Program-made: the position numbers and the translations under genes
Source: Octopus vulgaris
Lineage: Eukaryota
Assembly (NCBI GenBank): GCA_951406725.2
Contig: OX597819.1
Location: 32,612,001-32,676,000, forward strand
Length of the DNA stretch: 64,000 nt
Direction of reading: 5' to 3'
The notes under the pieces: model-generated
What the model was told of the DNA's origin: nothing
The model's database searches: none
What the model saw: the letters and a program-made list of their open reading frames with translations, nothing else
Shown here: piece after piece, positions 25,606-37,704 of the stretch
Position numbering within the stretch: the first letter of the stretch is position 1
Layout: every line of letters begins with the position of its first letter

Positions 25606-25754
25606 TCGGGTCTGACCCTTAGCTGTATCGTATGTATCAGGGTCAGATTTTTTCCTTTTTTACTAAGGCATATTTCCGTCAGAGTGAGTGTCTGTTTGAA
25701 GTAGCGGCCGTGGTGGAATTTTGCTTCTCCTTTTCGGAGGACTTATCTTTTGTT

Positions 25755-26921
25755 TTAGTATTCCTGGCCCAGGGTGTTTAAACTTGGTCTAAATTTTTTT
25801 ATGAAATATAGTTCTTTATTTTGGCGTTGTGTGAAGGTTGCGTTGTCACTGAATTTATAGACAGGGTTAGTTGTAAATTTCGGATTTACATTTCCAGCAC
25901 ATCTATCTATGTGTCCGCTGACCGGTATTTTGCGGTAATCAGGGTTTCTAATTTGTGATTTATGCACCGCCATCCTGTTACGTAAGCTATTTTTTGTATG
26001 GCCTATATACTGCCTATTGCAGCCTGCGCATGTTATGACGTAAATTAAGTTTTCTGATGCGCAGGTGAAGTTTGTTCTAATGGTGAACTGGTGGCCTTGT
26101 TCCAGTATAAATTCTGATCCTTCTTTCAAGATGACACAGATTCCGCAGTTGGGCCTTCCACATTTTCTAAATGCTGGTTTTGTGGTTGATGTTGAGTGCA
26201 GTGTAGCTTGGGTTAAAATCCTTTTCAAGGATTTTGGTTGCCGTTTACTTTTAATGATGGTGTGTGTTTCGAGGATCCGGTTCATCTTTGGGTCTCCCTT
26301 TAGTAGGGCTGTGCTTTGTAGTATGGTGTTGAAGGCCTCATTGTTGAGTGGGTTGTGTGTAGAGATGTAGGGAAGGGTTTTTAATTGTTCTTTCTTTTTT
26401 GGTTTTGTTTGTCTCAGGTCTTCTCTACTTAATTTAAGTACCCGTTGGATTGTACTGTCTATTAGGGGCTGTGGATAGTTTCTATTTGTGAGTGTGGTTC
26501 TAAGTTCCTGGAGACGTGTGTGTCGGGTGTTTGTGTCTGATATTATGGTGCAAATCCTTCTAGCTAAACAAAAAGGGACATTCATTCTAGTGTGTCGTGG
26601 GTGGCATGAATCAAAGGGTAGGTACTGTTTAGAGTCTGTCGGTTTATAGTAGATATCTGTCTCTATTTTGTTGCCGGTTTTCTTAATAAGGATGTCTAAA
26701 AATGGTAATTCTTTTTCGTTGTGGTCCATCGTGAATTGTATATTGTCATTTATTCCATTTAATAGAATTTTAAATTCCTCAAGTTTCTCTATGCCTTTGT
26801 CCCAGATGATGAAACAGTCATCGAGGTATCTTTTCCAGTTGTTATGGATATAGGTGGCGAAGGTGTTTCCATATTTCTCGAGTGTCATCCGGTATAGTAT
26901 TTTCTCGAGGTATCCCATCAC
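25755..26921 (-). CDS. Penelope-like element polyprotein, C-terminal RT plus GIY-YIG endonuclease (5'-truncated)
   Basis: 388 codons without a stop; LVMGYLE, WKRYLDDCF, LPFLDI, YYKPTDS.QYL, PRHTRMNVPF; CGRPNCGIC zinc motif; NLIYVITCAGCNRQYIGHT...LRNRMAVH GIY-YIG. Confidence 0.95.
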   Translation of the reverse strand: MMGYLEKILYRMTLEKYGNTFATYIHNNWKRYLDDCFIIWDKGIEKLEEFKILLNGINDNIQFTMDHNEKELPFLDILIKKTGNKIETDIYYKPTDSKQYLPFDSCHPRHTRMNVPFCLARRICTIISDTNTRHTRLQELRTTLTNRNYPQPLIDSTIQRVLKLSREDLRQTKPKKKEQLKTLPYISTHNPLNNEAFNTILQSTALLKGDPKMNRILETHTIIKSKRQPKSLKRILTQATLHSTSTTKPAFRKCGRPNCGICVILKEGSEFILEQGHQFTIRTNFTCASENLIYVITCAGCNRQYIGHTKNSLRNRMAVHKSQIRNPDYRKIPVSGHIDRCAGNVNPKFTTNPVYKFSDNATFTQRQNKELYFIKKFRPSLNTLGQEY

Positions 26922-26949
26922 TAGGTATTTATATATATATATATATAAA

Positions 26950-27094
26950 TACGTCAGGCTTCTTTCAGTTTCCGTCTACCACATAAGTTTTACCCACCCC
27001 AAGCCGAAGACATCCAAGGTGTGACACAGTGAAATTGAACTTGGAAGCAGTTGGTCGGAAAAGAAGTATCTTACCACACAGCTATGTCTGCGCC

Positions 27095-27095
<1 letters not shown>
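26950..27095 (-). mobile_element. SINE family B head fragment, diverged
   Basis: GGCTTCTTTCAGTTTCCGTCTACC...TTACCACACAGCTATGTCTGCGCC. Confidence 0.7.
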
Positions 27096-27148
<53 letters not shown>

Positions 27149-27974
27149 AACACACAAATGATAAGAAAACAAAGAAAATTTTTTAACACATCTTTAATGA
27201 TTCGTTATAATTGTTTGTGTACCAGCTCTATTTCTAACGACAATTTACGCAAAAATTATCAGTGAAAATTTACGTAATGTTTGCGGTTTTTGACATTTGA
27301 GAGGCACTTCATCAGACTTGCAGCAAAGGTGTGCTGTCACATTGTACTTCTCATGGTCCTTGTTTCTTGGACTTATATCGGGAGGAAACAGAAACGTAAT
27401 TAAAAGTGTGGTTATGGGATGAGTAAATGAGGGTAGAGATCATGTCGCGGGAGTAATCAAGAAGAAGAAGAAGAAGAAGAAGAAGAAGAAGAAAGGGGTC
27501 ACATATAGCAAATCGGGTTATCCTAGCGTATGCACGTAGTTGGTCAGTACAAACGGCTCCGCTGTTACCAAAATTCATCTGATGGGTGAACATTTATTTG
27601 CTCACCAGACGACATTCACTAGCAACATCTGAAAGTGAATTTAAAATTGACAGTTGCCCAAGATTCAAATGATGACGATATTTATGATGTTTGTGACGAG
27701 GGAGTAGTGTGGTCCATGGTAGGGTAGCATAAATTGTCTCCCAGCTAGCAGGCCTATGTTGTGTCCTTACGGTGGGTAGGGAAGAGTAAAGAGATGGAAA
27801 GAGAAACAGAAAAAAAGGGAGTGAAATGTAATAGGGGTAGTTTTGCCCTAAAAGTTAAAGCAGAAATTAGAAATTTAGATTTTAATTAAAGAGTGATCAG
27901 AAGAATTGTAAACTATGCAAATTAGAACAGATTTGGCTAAATAAATAAAAAGTATAGACGGAGAATTAATACTT

Positions 27975-28175
27975 ACTCTTTTACTTGTTTCAATCGCTTG
28001 ACTGTGGCCATGCTGGAGCACCACCTTTAGTCGAATAAATTGACCCCAGGACTTTTTTTCGTTGTAAGCCCAGTACTTATTCTATCGGTCATTTTGGCCG
28101 AACCGCTAGGTTACAGGGACATAAACACATCAATATCGGATGTCAAACGATGATAGGTGGACAAACTGAGACACA
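27975..28175 (-). mobile_element. SINE family B tail fragment
   Basis: CTCTTTTACTTGTTTCAATCGCTTGACTGTGGCCATGCTGGAGCACC...GCCGAACCGCTAGG. Confidence 0.8.
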
Positions 28176-28199
28176 CAAGCATATATATATATATATATG

Positions 28200-28269
<70 letters not shown>

Positions 28270-28990
28270 AAGTAAATAAGATGGCTAGAAGCAGGCTGTT
28301 TCGCCTCATACCGAAGGAATTAGAAATGGCAGTCAAAGACCGTTTTTTCCATTTTCTATAAGTGGAGATTCCAAAAACGAAGGCCCATGGGGCTCACATA
28401 CACAAAACCGGAGTAGCAAATAGACGAAAGCAGTCACTTACCGTTAATAACGAACACGTGTTTCTGGATCACAAACATAGAAAAGTAGTTTGAATTCCGT
28501 CATCGGCGCTATATTCGATAGCTTTACCAAATGCCACTGGCCCTCACTTCCGACCAGCGACATCAGATAGTGGGGGGAAGTGTGCAGATGTTAAAACTAA
28601 GTAACGACTGGGAACGTAAATTTTCCCTCCAAAATTCTGCCATGTGATTTAGCTGTTGGACACGAGCACCATTGTCACGACATCGTGATATAAAGTGTTA
28701 AAGTTAAAGTTGAGATCCCAAGCTAGTATTGTCGTCCATTGTAGATTGATAGAATGCTGAGTTTTCGTTATACAACCCTTTCTACTATTAAGGCTCGAGA
28801 TCCTTGTGAACGTAAACAACACTGATCAACCTTTTGTATTATTTTGTCGTTTTCTTATTTCAATTCTCGCGTTGACTGTTCCACTTGTTGACAATATTGC
28901 TAAATTATTTTCAGCGCAGTCGATATTATTGAGTGTAGAAGTTTTTCAATTGGCCATCGTTAAAATGGTATTATGGTCCCTGGGAGTGAA

Positions 28991-29290
28991 GGCGCGTGGC
29001 TTTGTGGTATGCGGATCACGATCGTAAGGTCACGAGTTTGATTCCTGGCGGCGCGTTGTGTCCTTGAGCAAGACACTTTATTTCACGTTGCTGCAGTCCA
29101 CTCAGCTGGCAAAAATGAGTAGTAACTGTATTTCAAAGGGCCAGCCTCGTCACAGTCTGTATCAAGCTGAATCTCCCTGAGATCTACGTTAAGGGTACGC
29201 GCGTCGGTGGAGTGTTCAGCCACTTGCACGTTAATTTTTTCAGAGATGGCTGTACCGTGGGTCGGATCAACTCGTAACCAACGGAGTGCC
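28991..29290 (+). mobile_element. tRNA-derived SINE sharing the family C 3' tail
   Basis: Head GGCGCGTGGCTTTGTGG...GAGTTTGATTCC; tail TGTATTTCAAAGGGCCAGCC...CGTTAAGGGTAC...CGTAACCAACGGAGTGC as in 5861-6243. Confidence 0.8.
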
Positions 29291-30147
29291 AGTTTTATGA
29301 CCACTGAGCTATTCATCAGAAGAAAATCCAAGGTGGATCTATTATCACGTTACCTTCGTTTCAAAGGCGGTTATCGTAGAAGTTAATCGATGCATTTACT
29401 TATGATTGTCCACCACCTCTGAAATTTATCATGATGGCTAATATGTACCTGGCATACTTTTCAGATGCAAAACTTATTATTGTGAGACACTGAAATATTT
29501 TCCTTGCGCAAGTACTAATACAACACATTATTTTTGAGTATTTCTATGTCACTACTAAATTTAGTTTTGAAATTAGATCACAATAACACATTTAATCGTT
29601 TGTTTTTATTATTAAAACTGATTTCAATGAAATTACAAATATGGACATTTCTCAAATGTTTTATGCGTAGTCTTAAATTCTTAAGTGTTATCTCAAAGTC
29701 TATTTCTTGTTTGCATCTATCCTGGATTCTTGCAACAATATCATATTGTGGATTTCTTTTTCTAACAGTTTTTGAAAATCTTGTGGGGACTTCATTCCAC
29801 CAACTCCCTTCTACGAGCAAAGTTTCGCAGCTTTTTGTTTGTGGTGGGGCATGATTAAAATCTATGGTGGACAATATATTATTGTATGCGTTGTAGCTTC
29901 TTTGGTATTGTGACGAGGTCAAACATAATTCCTCCTGAAACTGCTCTTCCCCTTCAAACACAAGCATGTGTTATTCTATAGTTGCTGCTATCACTGTTGT
30001 ATTACTGTCGTCGCTTTCGTTTTCTGATGTTAATTTTGTTATTGTTATTTAAACATAAGTCTGTCCTCATTGAACAATCCTGTGAGCAAAAACATTCTAG
30101 TCGTAACTATCCCAATATTTACTTAGGCAGTGTTCATTTATTCAATA

Positions 30148-30187
<40 letters not shown>

Positions 30188-30191
<4 letters not shown>

Positions 30192-30445
30192 CGTGGTCAC
30201 CGTGACCAACCAGACTATCAGATGTTACTACACATCGCTGGTCACAATGCGCTTCGCAATTGTTTTAGCCTTCAAATGATGCCACACCGCTGTCTAAGCG
30301 AGCAGGCCAACAGAAGAAAGACTGAGAGAAACTTGTGGCGAAAGAGTACAGTAGGGATCGCCACCACCCCTGCCGGAGCCTCGTGGAGCTTTAGGTGTTT
30401 TCGCTCAATAAACACTCACAACTCTGGGAATCGAAACCACCATCC
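30188..30445 (-). mobile_element. SINE with family C head and alternative tail (5'-truncated)
   Basis: Reverse complement of the 20465-20760 type. Confidence 0.85.
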
Positions 30446-30724
30446 TACAATTATGGTGTACTCTATGGAGTGGGTATGTATCTTCCCCTAGGAAATTTAT
30501 CCCATGTCAAACATTTTGAGGTAGATTTTTCTCGAAAGATATTTCCCTTTCGAAGAAAGTTCACTGGTGGAGGTTTTGCTACAAAGTAAGTCCAGGTTAT
30601 ATTTTTGTTGATGAAAAATACTCTGCTGATGCTAATCACGATCTATTCTATGAAGTATGTTTCTATCTTGTTTTCATACATACATACGCACGCATGCTTG
30701 CACAAACACAAACTCAAGCAAAAC

Positions 30725-30845
<121 letters not shown>

Positions 30846-31473
30846 CGTTGGATACAATGTTTCATGTTATTTGTGCCAACGCTCGGTTTTCTAGTTTCGA
30901 AAATCGCCGAGGTCAACTTGACCAGTCATTCGTTCAAGATCGATAAAAAAAAGCACCAATATAGGACAATGAACTATGGGAAATGTGGGAACGTCCAACG
31001 ACATGCTACATAATATTTGTTCCAGCTCAGTAGATTCTGAGTTCAAATACCACCCATAGCCTATATGGGGCACACAATCCATTGCTAGTTTAACACCTTC
31101 ACTTGGAAACTTGGGTACCTTTAGCAGAATCTATACATTTTCCAACGTAAGAGACTGTCTCCAATTTGAGGATACCGCTATACTTTCCCACTCTCCACTC
31201 CCGAGGACTGCCAAATGTCAGGAACCCTGCCTTTATCTTGAATAAAACGAGGAAAAAATAATACCGGAAGTGTATACAGTAATCAATAATGTTATAATAG
31301 ATGTGGTTCGGAGGAATTCATGGGAGAGAAGACGAAAAATAGAAAAATATTTGTTTAAATCTTAAGGAGAAATGGTCCTGAGTAAGTGGCTGATGATCAG
31401 TTGCTTGGATTTCCTACAATGCGAAGATCCGCAGACAAGATCGACCGGGTGATAGTCAGTTTCACCTAAGTAC

Positions 31474-31652
31474 AGGCTCATGCGTGGCTGTTGGGTAAGA
31501 AGCTTGATTCTCAACCATGTGGTTCCACATTCAGTCACGCTGCGTGGCACTTTGAGCATGTCTTCCGTTGCCCCGGGCCGGCCAAAGCTTAGTGAGTGGA
31601 TTTGGCTGACGGAAACTGAAAGAAGTCCGTCGTATAGACACACACACACACA

Positions 31653-31729
<77 letters not shown>

Positions 31730-31855
31730 TTTTATGTGTGTGTCTTTGTATCTGTGTTTGTCCCAACACTGCTTGACAAATGGTGTTAGCTTCATTAGGT
31801 CCCGTTAATCAGCGGTTCAGCAAAAGTGAACGACAGAATACGTAGCAGGTCTTAT
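31474..31855 (+). mobile_element. SINE family B with internal (CA)n
   Basis: GTGGCTGTTGGGTAAGAAGCTTG head and GGAAACTGAAAGAAGTCCGTCG body. Confidence 0.8.
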
Positions 31856-31869
31856 ATGTGCGTCTTTCA

Positions 31870-31985
31870 TTTTCTATCTTTTACCTCTTTCAGTAATTAC
31901 ATTGCTGCCATGCTGGGGCAGCGCCTTGAAGAATTTTAAGTGAACAAAATGACCCATTAGTCTCTCTCTCTCTCACACACACACA

Positions 31986-32082
<97 letters not shown>

Positions 32083-32213
32083 ACACACACACACGTAAAC
32101 ACACAACGGGCTTCTTTCAGTTTCCATCTGCGAAATCTGCTCAGAAAATTTTAGTCAGCCCAAGGCACTTACCTCAACACAGTCGGATTGAATCCAGAAC
32201 AATGTAGTTAGAC
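31870..32213 (-). mobile_element. SINE family B, diverged, interrupted at its head by an hAT MITE
   Basis: Family motifs around a long (CA)n tract. Confidence 0.7.
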
Positions 32214-32432
32214 CAGTGGTTTTCAACCAGGGTTCTGCGGAACCTTAGGGCTCCGCCAGTACAGTCCAGGGGTTCCGCAAGAAGTTACAAAACTGCTAAA
32301 ATCGGCAGTAATTTTTAATTCTCCTGTGCAGATATGTGCGCATAAAACTATTAAATTATTGCACAGGGGTTCCTCGAGCCAGTGGAATGTTTACTTGGGG
32401 TTCCACTCCAGGAAAAAGTTTGAAAAGCACTG
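32214..32432. mobile_element. hAT (Charlie-like) MITE, 219 bp, perfect 8-bp TSD
   Basis: TIRs CAGTGGTTTTCAA and TTGAAAAGCACTG; AGTTAGAC duplicated at 32206-32213 and 32433-32440. Confidence 0.92.
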
Positions 32433-32644
32433 AGTTAGACAGTAAATTTCTTACCATAGAACCACGCCTGTTCTCAAAGTTAGCTCATTTATTTTCATTT
32501 ATTTTCATCGCCACCAAATTGAACAATTTTATCGTTAATAGCGCAAAATTATCAAAATTTTTGGATGATAACTGTCGAGGGAACAGCATGTCCACATTTG
32601 TGTGTAATGTTTCAGTGTTCCTTGGTCGTCCTTGTATATCTTTT

Positions 32645-32946
32645 TCTTTTATCTTTTACTTGTTTCAGTCATTTGACTGCGGCCATGCTAGAGCACCGCC
32701 TTTAGTCGAGCAAATCGACCCCGGGACTTATTCTTTGTAAGCCCAGTACTTATTCTATCGGTCTCTTTTGCCGAACCGCTAAGTGACGGGGACGTAAACA
32801 CACCAGCATCGGTTGTCAAGCAATGCTAGGGGGACAAACACAGACACACAAACACACACACATACACACACACACATATATATATATATATACATATATA
32901 CGACAGGCTTCTTTCAGTTTCCGTCTACCAAATTCACTCACAAGGC
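32645..32946 (-). mobile_element. SINE family B, young, head truncated
   Basis: Near-identical to 5446-5760. Confidence 0.9.
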
Positions 32947-33086
32947 ATATAATTTTTAAATCTTATTATTTATCGTAACACCACACACCCTTCTTTTTGT
33001 TGCCACTCAGGGGCAGCCCACAACAAGAAATAATTGATAGAGCATCTCTCTTTCTTCACCCCTCTCTCTCTCCATTCTGCCTTAGC

Positions 33087-33231
<145 letters not shown>

Positions 33232-33232
33232 T

Positions 33233-33550
33233 AGGCGCAATAGTCCAGTGGCTAGGGCAGCGGACTCGCGGTCGTGGGATCGCTGTTTCGATTCCCAGAC
33301 CTGGCGTGAGAGGCTCCGGCAGGGAGTGGTGGCGAACCTTGCTGTACTCTTTCACTACTGCTTTCTCTCACTCTTCCTTCCTCTTTCTGTTGTACCTGTA
33401 TTTCAAATGGCCAGCCATGTCACACTCTGTGTCATCCTGAATCGGTACACGTGTCTGTGGAGTGTTCAGCCACTTGGACGTTAATTTCACGAGCAGGCTG
33501 TTCTGTTGATCGTATCAACTAGACCCCTCGTCATCGTAACCGACGGAGTT
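33233..33550 (+). mobile_element. SINE family C with internal deletions
   Basis: GGCGCAATAGTCCAGTGGCTAGGGCAGCGGACTCGCGG head; CGTAACCGACGGAG tail. Confidence 0.85.
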
Positions 33551-34809
33551 CTACTATATATATATATATAGAGAGAGAGAGAGACAGACAGACAGATATA
33601 TATATTTATTCACACGTATTCACACACAAAAACAAACAAAAATCCACATAAGGCTATACACATAATCTACTATCAAAGTAAATACAATCTATGTGCGTTT
33701 TTATCCCTAGACGTATATAATGGGATTAGTTTATCAAATGAGAAATGCCAAGTGTTGTGTCACAAGTCTGACAGGAAGAATACAATTGTTGCTTTGAATT
33801 TGATGTGTTCAGATTGAAGTGTCGATTCTGATGTGAGATACTGGATCTATCGGATTATATACATCAAGTTTGATGTTATCAGTCTGTTCCATACTGGAAG
33901 ATGTAGTTGTAAAGGCGGGAAGCGTTTTACAGTGTGTTCTATAGACACAGATGGAGAAACATATGTATTCTTGGCGGTGAGAAGGCTTTCAGTCTGTTCC
34001 ATGTAGACAGATGTAGTTGTACAGGTGAGAAATCTTTCAGTTTGTTCTCTACTGGCAGATGCAGCTTTTGAGTGTGAACTGTTTTAAAATTTCTTCGCAA
34101 CACCTCGTTTAAATATGTTTAAAATGTAATCAATGCTAAAAATAATATTCCTGTAAACTTAAATTAATGAGTTCTTGTCTTTTTTTTTTTTTTTGTATCT
34201 GTTTCAGTTCTTTGATTGCGGTTAAGCTGGGGCACAGCTATGAAGGGTTTCAGTCAGACAAATCGAACCCAGAACTTTTTTCAAGCCTGGTACTTATTCT
34301 ACCGGACTTTTGCCGAACCACTATGTTATGGGGACGCAAGCACACCAACACCGGTTGTTAAGCACTTTTAATAAAAAGCTACAAAATTATCACAAGACTG
34401 CTACTCGGAATTACCAATTCCTGTTTGTCGGACAACGTGAAACTTAGAGAAACAGTTTTCTGATGATAAATGCATATTATTATTCTTTCGATATTCGCGT
34501 ACCATTCTTTTCACCTTGCTTTGAAATTATAAGCTCACCCCTGTGTGTATGTGTTTTTGCACGCGCGCAAATATATATTTATTCACACGTATACATGTGA
34601 TCTCTTGAGCACCACCAGTTCAAATATTTTTTCCTCTGTCTTCCCTTCTTGGGATCTTTCCTTCTCCTTGTTTCCGACGAAGAGCTCCGCTCGAAACGTT
34701 AGGCCCTCCTTCCCTTCATTCCTGAGCGTCAATAATACTTTAATTGTTCCACGTCCTGCGTTGCTGTGTTTTTTTCTCTCTTTTTTTCTGTGTTTTCTTG
34801 TTTGGGTTA

Positions 34810-34865
<56 letters not shown>

Positions 34866-35121
34866 TTTAACAATTAAGGATAATCTCTTAATAAGGGATC
34901 TTAACAAGAAATTATCGGGTAGCTAGCGTGAAAACCTCATAAAAGAAAAGAATCCGAAAATAATTTTTTCTTTTGAACAAATTAATTATATCTATATTGT
35001 ATAGAGGGCATTATTACACATAAATGCCTCACACTAGGAGGGACAAAGTCATTACTACCAAAATTATACTAATCATACCCAAATGCAGTTTTTCAAAGCA
35101 AGACATTTAAAAAATGAATTT

Positions 35122-35179
35122 AGTTCTGTATCACCGTGATTTCACATTCAACTTACGTCTAATGATCGTCAGCAGAACT
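35122..35179 (-). ncRNA. Type I hammerhead ribozyme, unit 1
   Basis: Minus strand AGTTCTG-CTGACGA-TCATTAGAC GTAA GTTGAATGT-GAAA-TCA CGG TGA-TA-CAGAACT; 7-bp stem I; cleavage between 35129 and 35128. Confidence 0.8.
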
Positions 35180-35600
35180 GATTCTGAACACATCATAAAT
35201 AAACTACCAACCTTACGTAGCGAAGACGAACAGACAACTGCTCACTCCGGCCAAGCACATGGAATGTTTATAAATCATATATCCGGTAAATGGCGGGCTT
35301 TTTACGAACTGCATGTCGGGTAATGAAAAGTATTTCGGAATAAGTTTAACATTAAGGATAATCTCTTAATAAGGGATCTTAACAAGAAATTATCGGGTAG
35401 CTAACGTGAAAACCTCATAAAAGAAAAGAATCCGAAAATAATTTTTTTCTTTTGAACAAATTAATTATATCTATATTGTATAGAGGGCATTATTACACAT
35501 AAATGCCTCACACTAGGAGGGACAAAGTCATTACTACCAAAATTATACTAATCATACCCAAATGCAGTTTTTCAAAGCAAGACATTTAAAAAATGAATTT

Positions 35601-35658
35601 AGTTCTGTATCACCGTGATTTCACATTCAACTTACGTCTAATGATCGTCAGCAGAACT
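35601..35658 (-). ncRNA. Type I hammerhead ribozyme, unit 2
   Basis: Identical to unit 1, 479 bp downstream. Confidence 0.8.
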
Positions 35659-36079
35659 GATTCTGAACACATCATAAATAAACTACCAACCTTACGTAGC
35701 GAAGACGAACAGACAACTGCTCACTCCGGCCAAGCACATGGAATGTTTATAAATCATATATCCGGTAAATGGCGGGCTTTTTACGAACTGCATGTCGGGT
35801 AATGAAAAGTATTTCGGAATAAGTTTAACAATTAAGGATAATCTCTTAATAAGGGATCTTAACAAGAAATTATCGGGTAGCTAGCGTGAAAACCTCATAA
35901 AAGAAAAGAATCCGAAAATAATTTTTTTCCTTTGAACAAATTAATTATATCTATATTGTATAGAGGGCATTATTACACATAAATGCCTCACACTAGAGGG
36001 ACAAAGTCATTACTACCAAAATTATACTAATCATACCCAAATGCAGTTTTTCAAAGCAAGACATTTAAAAAATGAATTT

Positions 36080-36137
36080 AGTTCAGTATCACCGTGATTT
36101 CACATTCAACTTACGTCTAATGATCGTCAGCAGAACT
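36080..36137 (-). ncRNA. Type I hammerhead ribozyme, unit 3 (stem I mismatch)
   Basis: T>A at 36085 creates a U.U mismatch at stem I pair 1.2. Confidence 0.7.
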
Positions 36138-36559
36138 GATTCTGAACACATCATAAATAAACTACCAACCTTACGTAGCGAAGACGAACAGACAACTACT
36201 CACTCCGGCCAAGCACATGGAATGTTTATAAATCATATATCCGGTAAATGGCGGGCTTTTTACGAACTGCATGTCGGGTAATGAAAAGTATTTCGGAATA
36301 AGTTTAACAATTAAGGATAATCTCTTAATAAGGGATCTTAACAAGAAATTATCGGGTAGCTAACGTGAAAACCTCATAAAAGAAAAGAATCCGAAAATAA
36401 TTTTTTTCTTTTGAACAAATTAATTATATCTATATTGTATAGAGGGCATTATTACACATAAATGCCTCACACTAGGAGGGACAAAGTCATTACTACCAAA
36501 ATTATACTAATCATACCCAAATGCAGTTTTTCAAAGCAAGACATTTAAAAAATGAATTT

Positions 36560-36612
36560 AGTTCTGTATCACCGTGATTTCACATTCAACTTACGTCTAA
36601 TAATCGTCAGCA
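36560..36612 (-). ncRNA. Truncated hammerhead, unit 4, cut by the inversion junction
   Basis: Core intact, but only 2 nt of the 5' strand of stem I remain; G>A at 36602. Confidence 0.6.
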
Positions 36613-37061
36613 TTTTTAAATGTCTTGCTTTGAAAAACTGCATTTGGGTATGATTAGTATAATTTTGAAAAACTGCATTTGGGTATGATTAGTATAATTT
36701 TGGTAGTAATGACTTTGTCCCTCCTAGTGTGAGGCATTTATGTGTAATAATGCCCTCTATACAATATAGATATAATTAATTTGTTCAAAGGAAAAAAATT
36801 ATTTTCGGATTCTTTTCTTTTATGAGGTTTTCACGCTAGCTACCCGATAATTTCTTGTTAAGATCCCTTATTAAGAGATTATCCTTAATTGTTAAACTTA
36901 TTCCGAAATACTTTTCATTACCCGACATGCAGTTCGTAAAAAGCCCGCCATTTACCGGATATATGATTTATAAACATTCCATGTGCTTGGCCGGAGTGAG
37001 CAGTTGTCTGTTCGTCTTCGCTACGTAAGGTTGGTAGTTTATTTATGATGTGTTCAGAATC

Positions 37062-37119
37062 AGTTCTGCTGACGATCATTAGACGTAAGTTGAATGTGAA
37101 ATCACGGTGATACAGAACT
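37062..37119 (+). ncRNA. Type I hammerhead ribozyme in the inverted block
   Basis: CTGACGA 37069-37075, GAAA 37098-37101, AUA triplet with cleavage after 37112; stem I extends by GAAT/ATTC (37057-37060 with 37122-37125) after a 1x2 loop. Confidence 0.8.
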
Positions 37120-37240
37120 AAATTCATTTTTTAAATGTCTTGCTTTGAAAAACTGCATTTGGGTATGATTAGTATAATTTTGGTAGTAATGACTTTGTCC
37201 CTCCTAGTGTGAGGCATTTATGTGTAATAATGCCCTCTAT

Positions 37241-37333
<93 letters not shown>

Positions 37334-37352
37334 TATACATATAAATAAATAA

Positions 37353-37388
<36 letters not shown>

Positions 37389-37704
37389 ATATATGTATAT
37401 GTATATATATGTATATATATATTTATATGTATATATATATATATTTATATATATACATATATATATTTATACACACACACACACACACACATACACACAT
37501 ATATATATAGTGGTCGTATACCGTCAACTCAATGTGACAGTCCCGTAAGGGAATTACACCACCGCCATTTAGCCCTCGGAAACATCGACGTCTCCTGTCG
37601 GCTTTGACACATATTCTGTGTTCTTATATTTGCAAAGGGGAGGCAATCACCCCCGCAAGCCGGGACTAAGCACCTGAAGACATATGTTTCTGAGTATATC
37701 TATA

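Larger units (their letters stand above)
24695..26930 (-). mobile_element. Penelope-like element, 5'-truncated, flanked by (AT)n
   Basis: RT-GIY-YIG ORF plus about 1 kb of 3' region with tandem repeats and a variant HHR; (AT)n at both ends. Continuity of the distal 200 bp with the ORF is inferred. Confidence 0.85.
34863..37244. mobile_element. Retrozyme-like element: 479-bp head-to-tail units (3.65 copies) plus an inverted 1.3-unit block, each unit with an HHR
   Basis: Units start at 34863, 35342, 35821 and 36300; orientation switches at 36612/36613; (AT)n on both flanks. Confidence 0.85.

Noticed and set aside
29578-29967. 129-aa minus-strand ORF with IDFNH motif
   Set aside because: It may be a DNA transposase remnant, but I cannot name a family or support a gene call.
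35114-37127. Repeated 69-aa ORF in the 479-bp units
   Set aside because: It lies antisense to the HHR, starts inside the ribozyme complement and has no recognisable domain; likely incidental, though not excluded.
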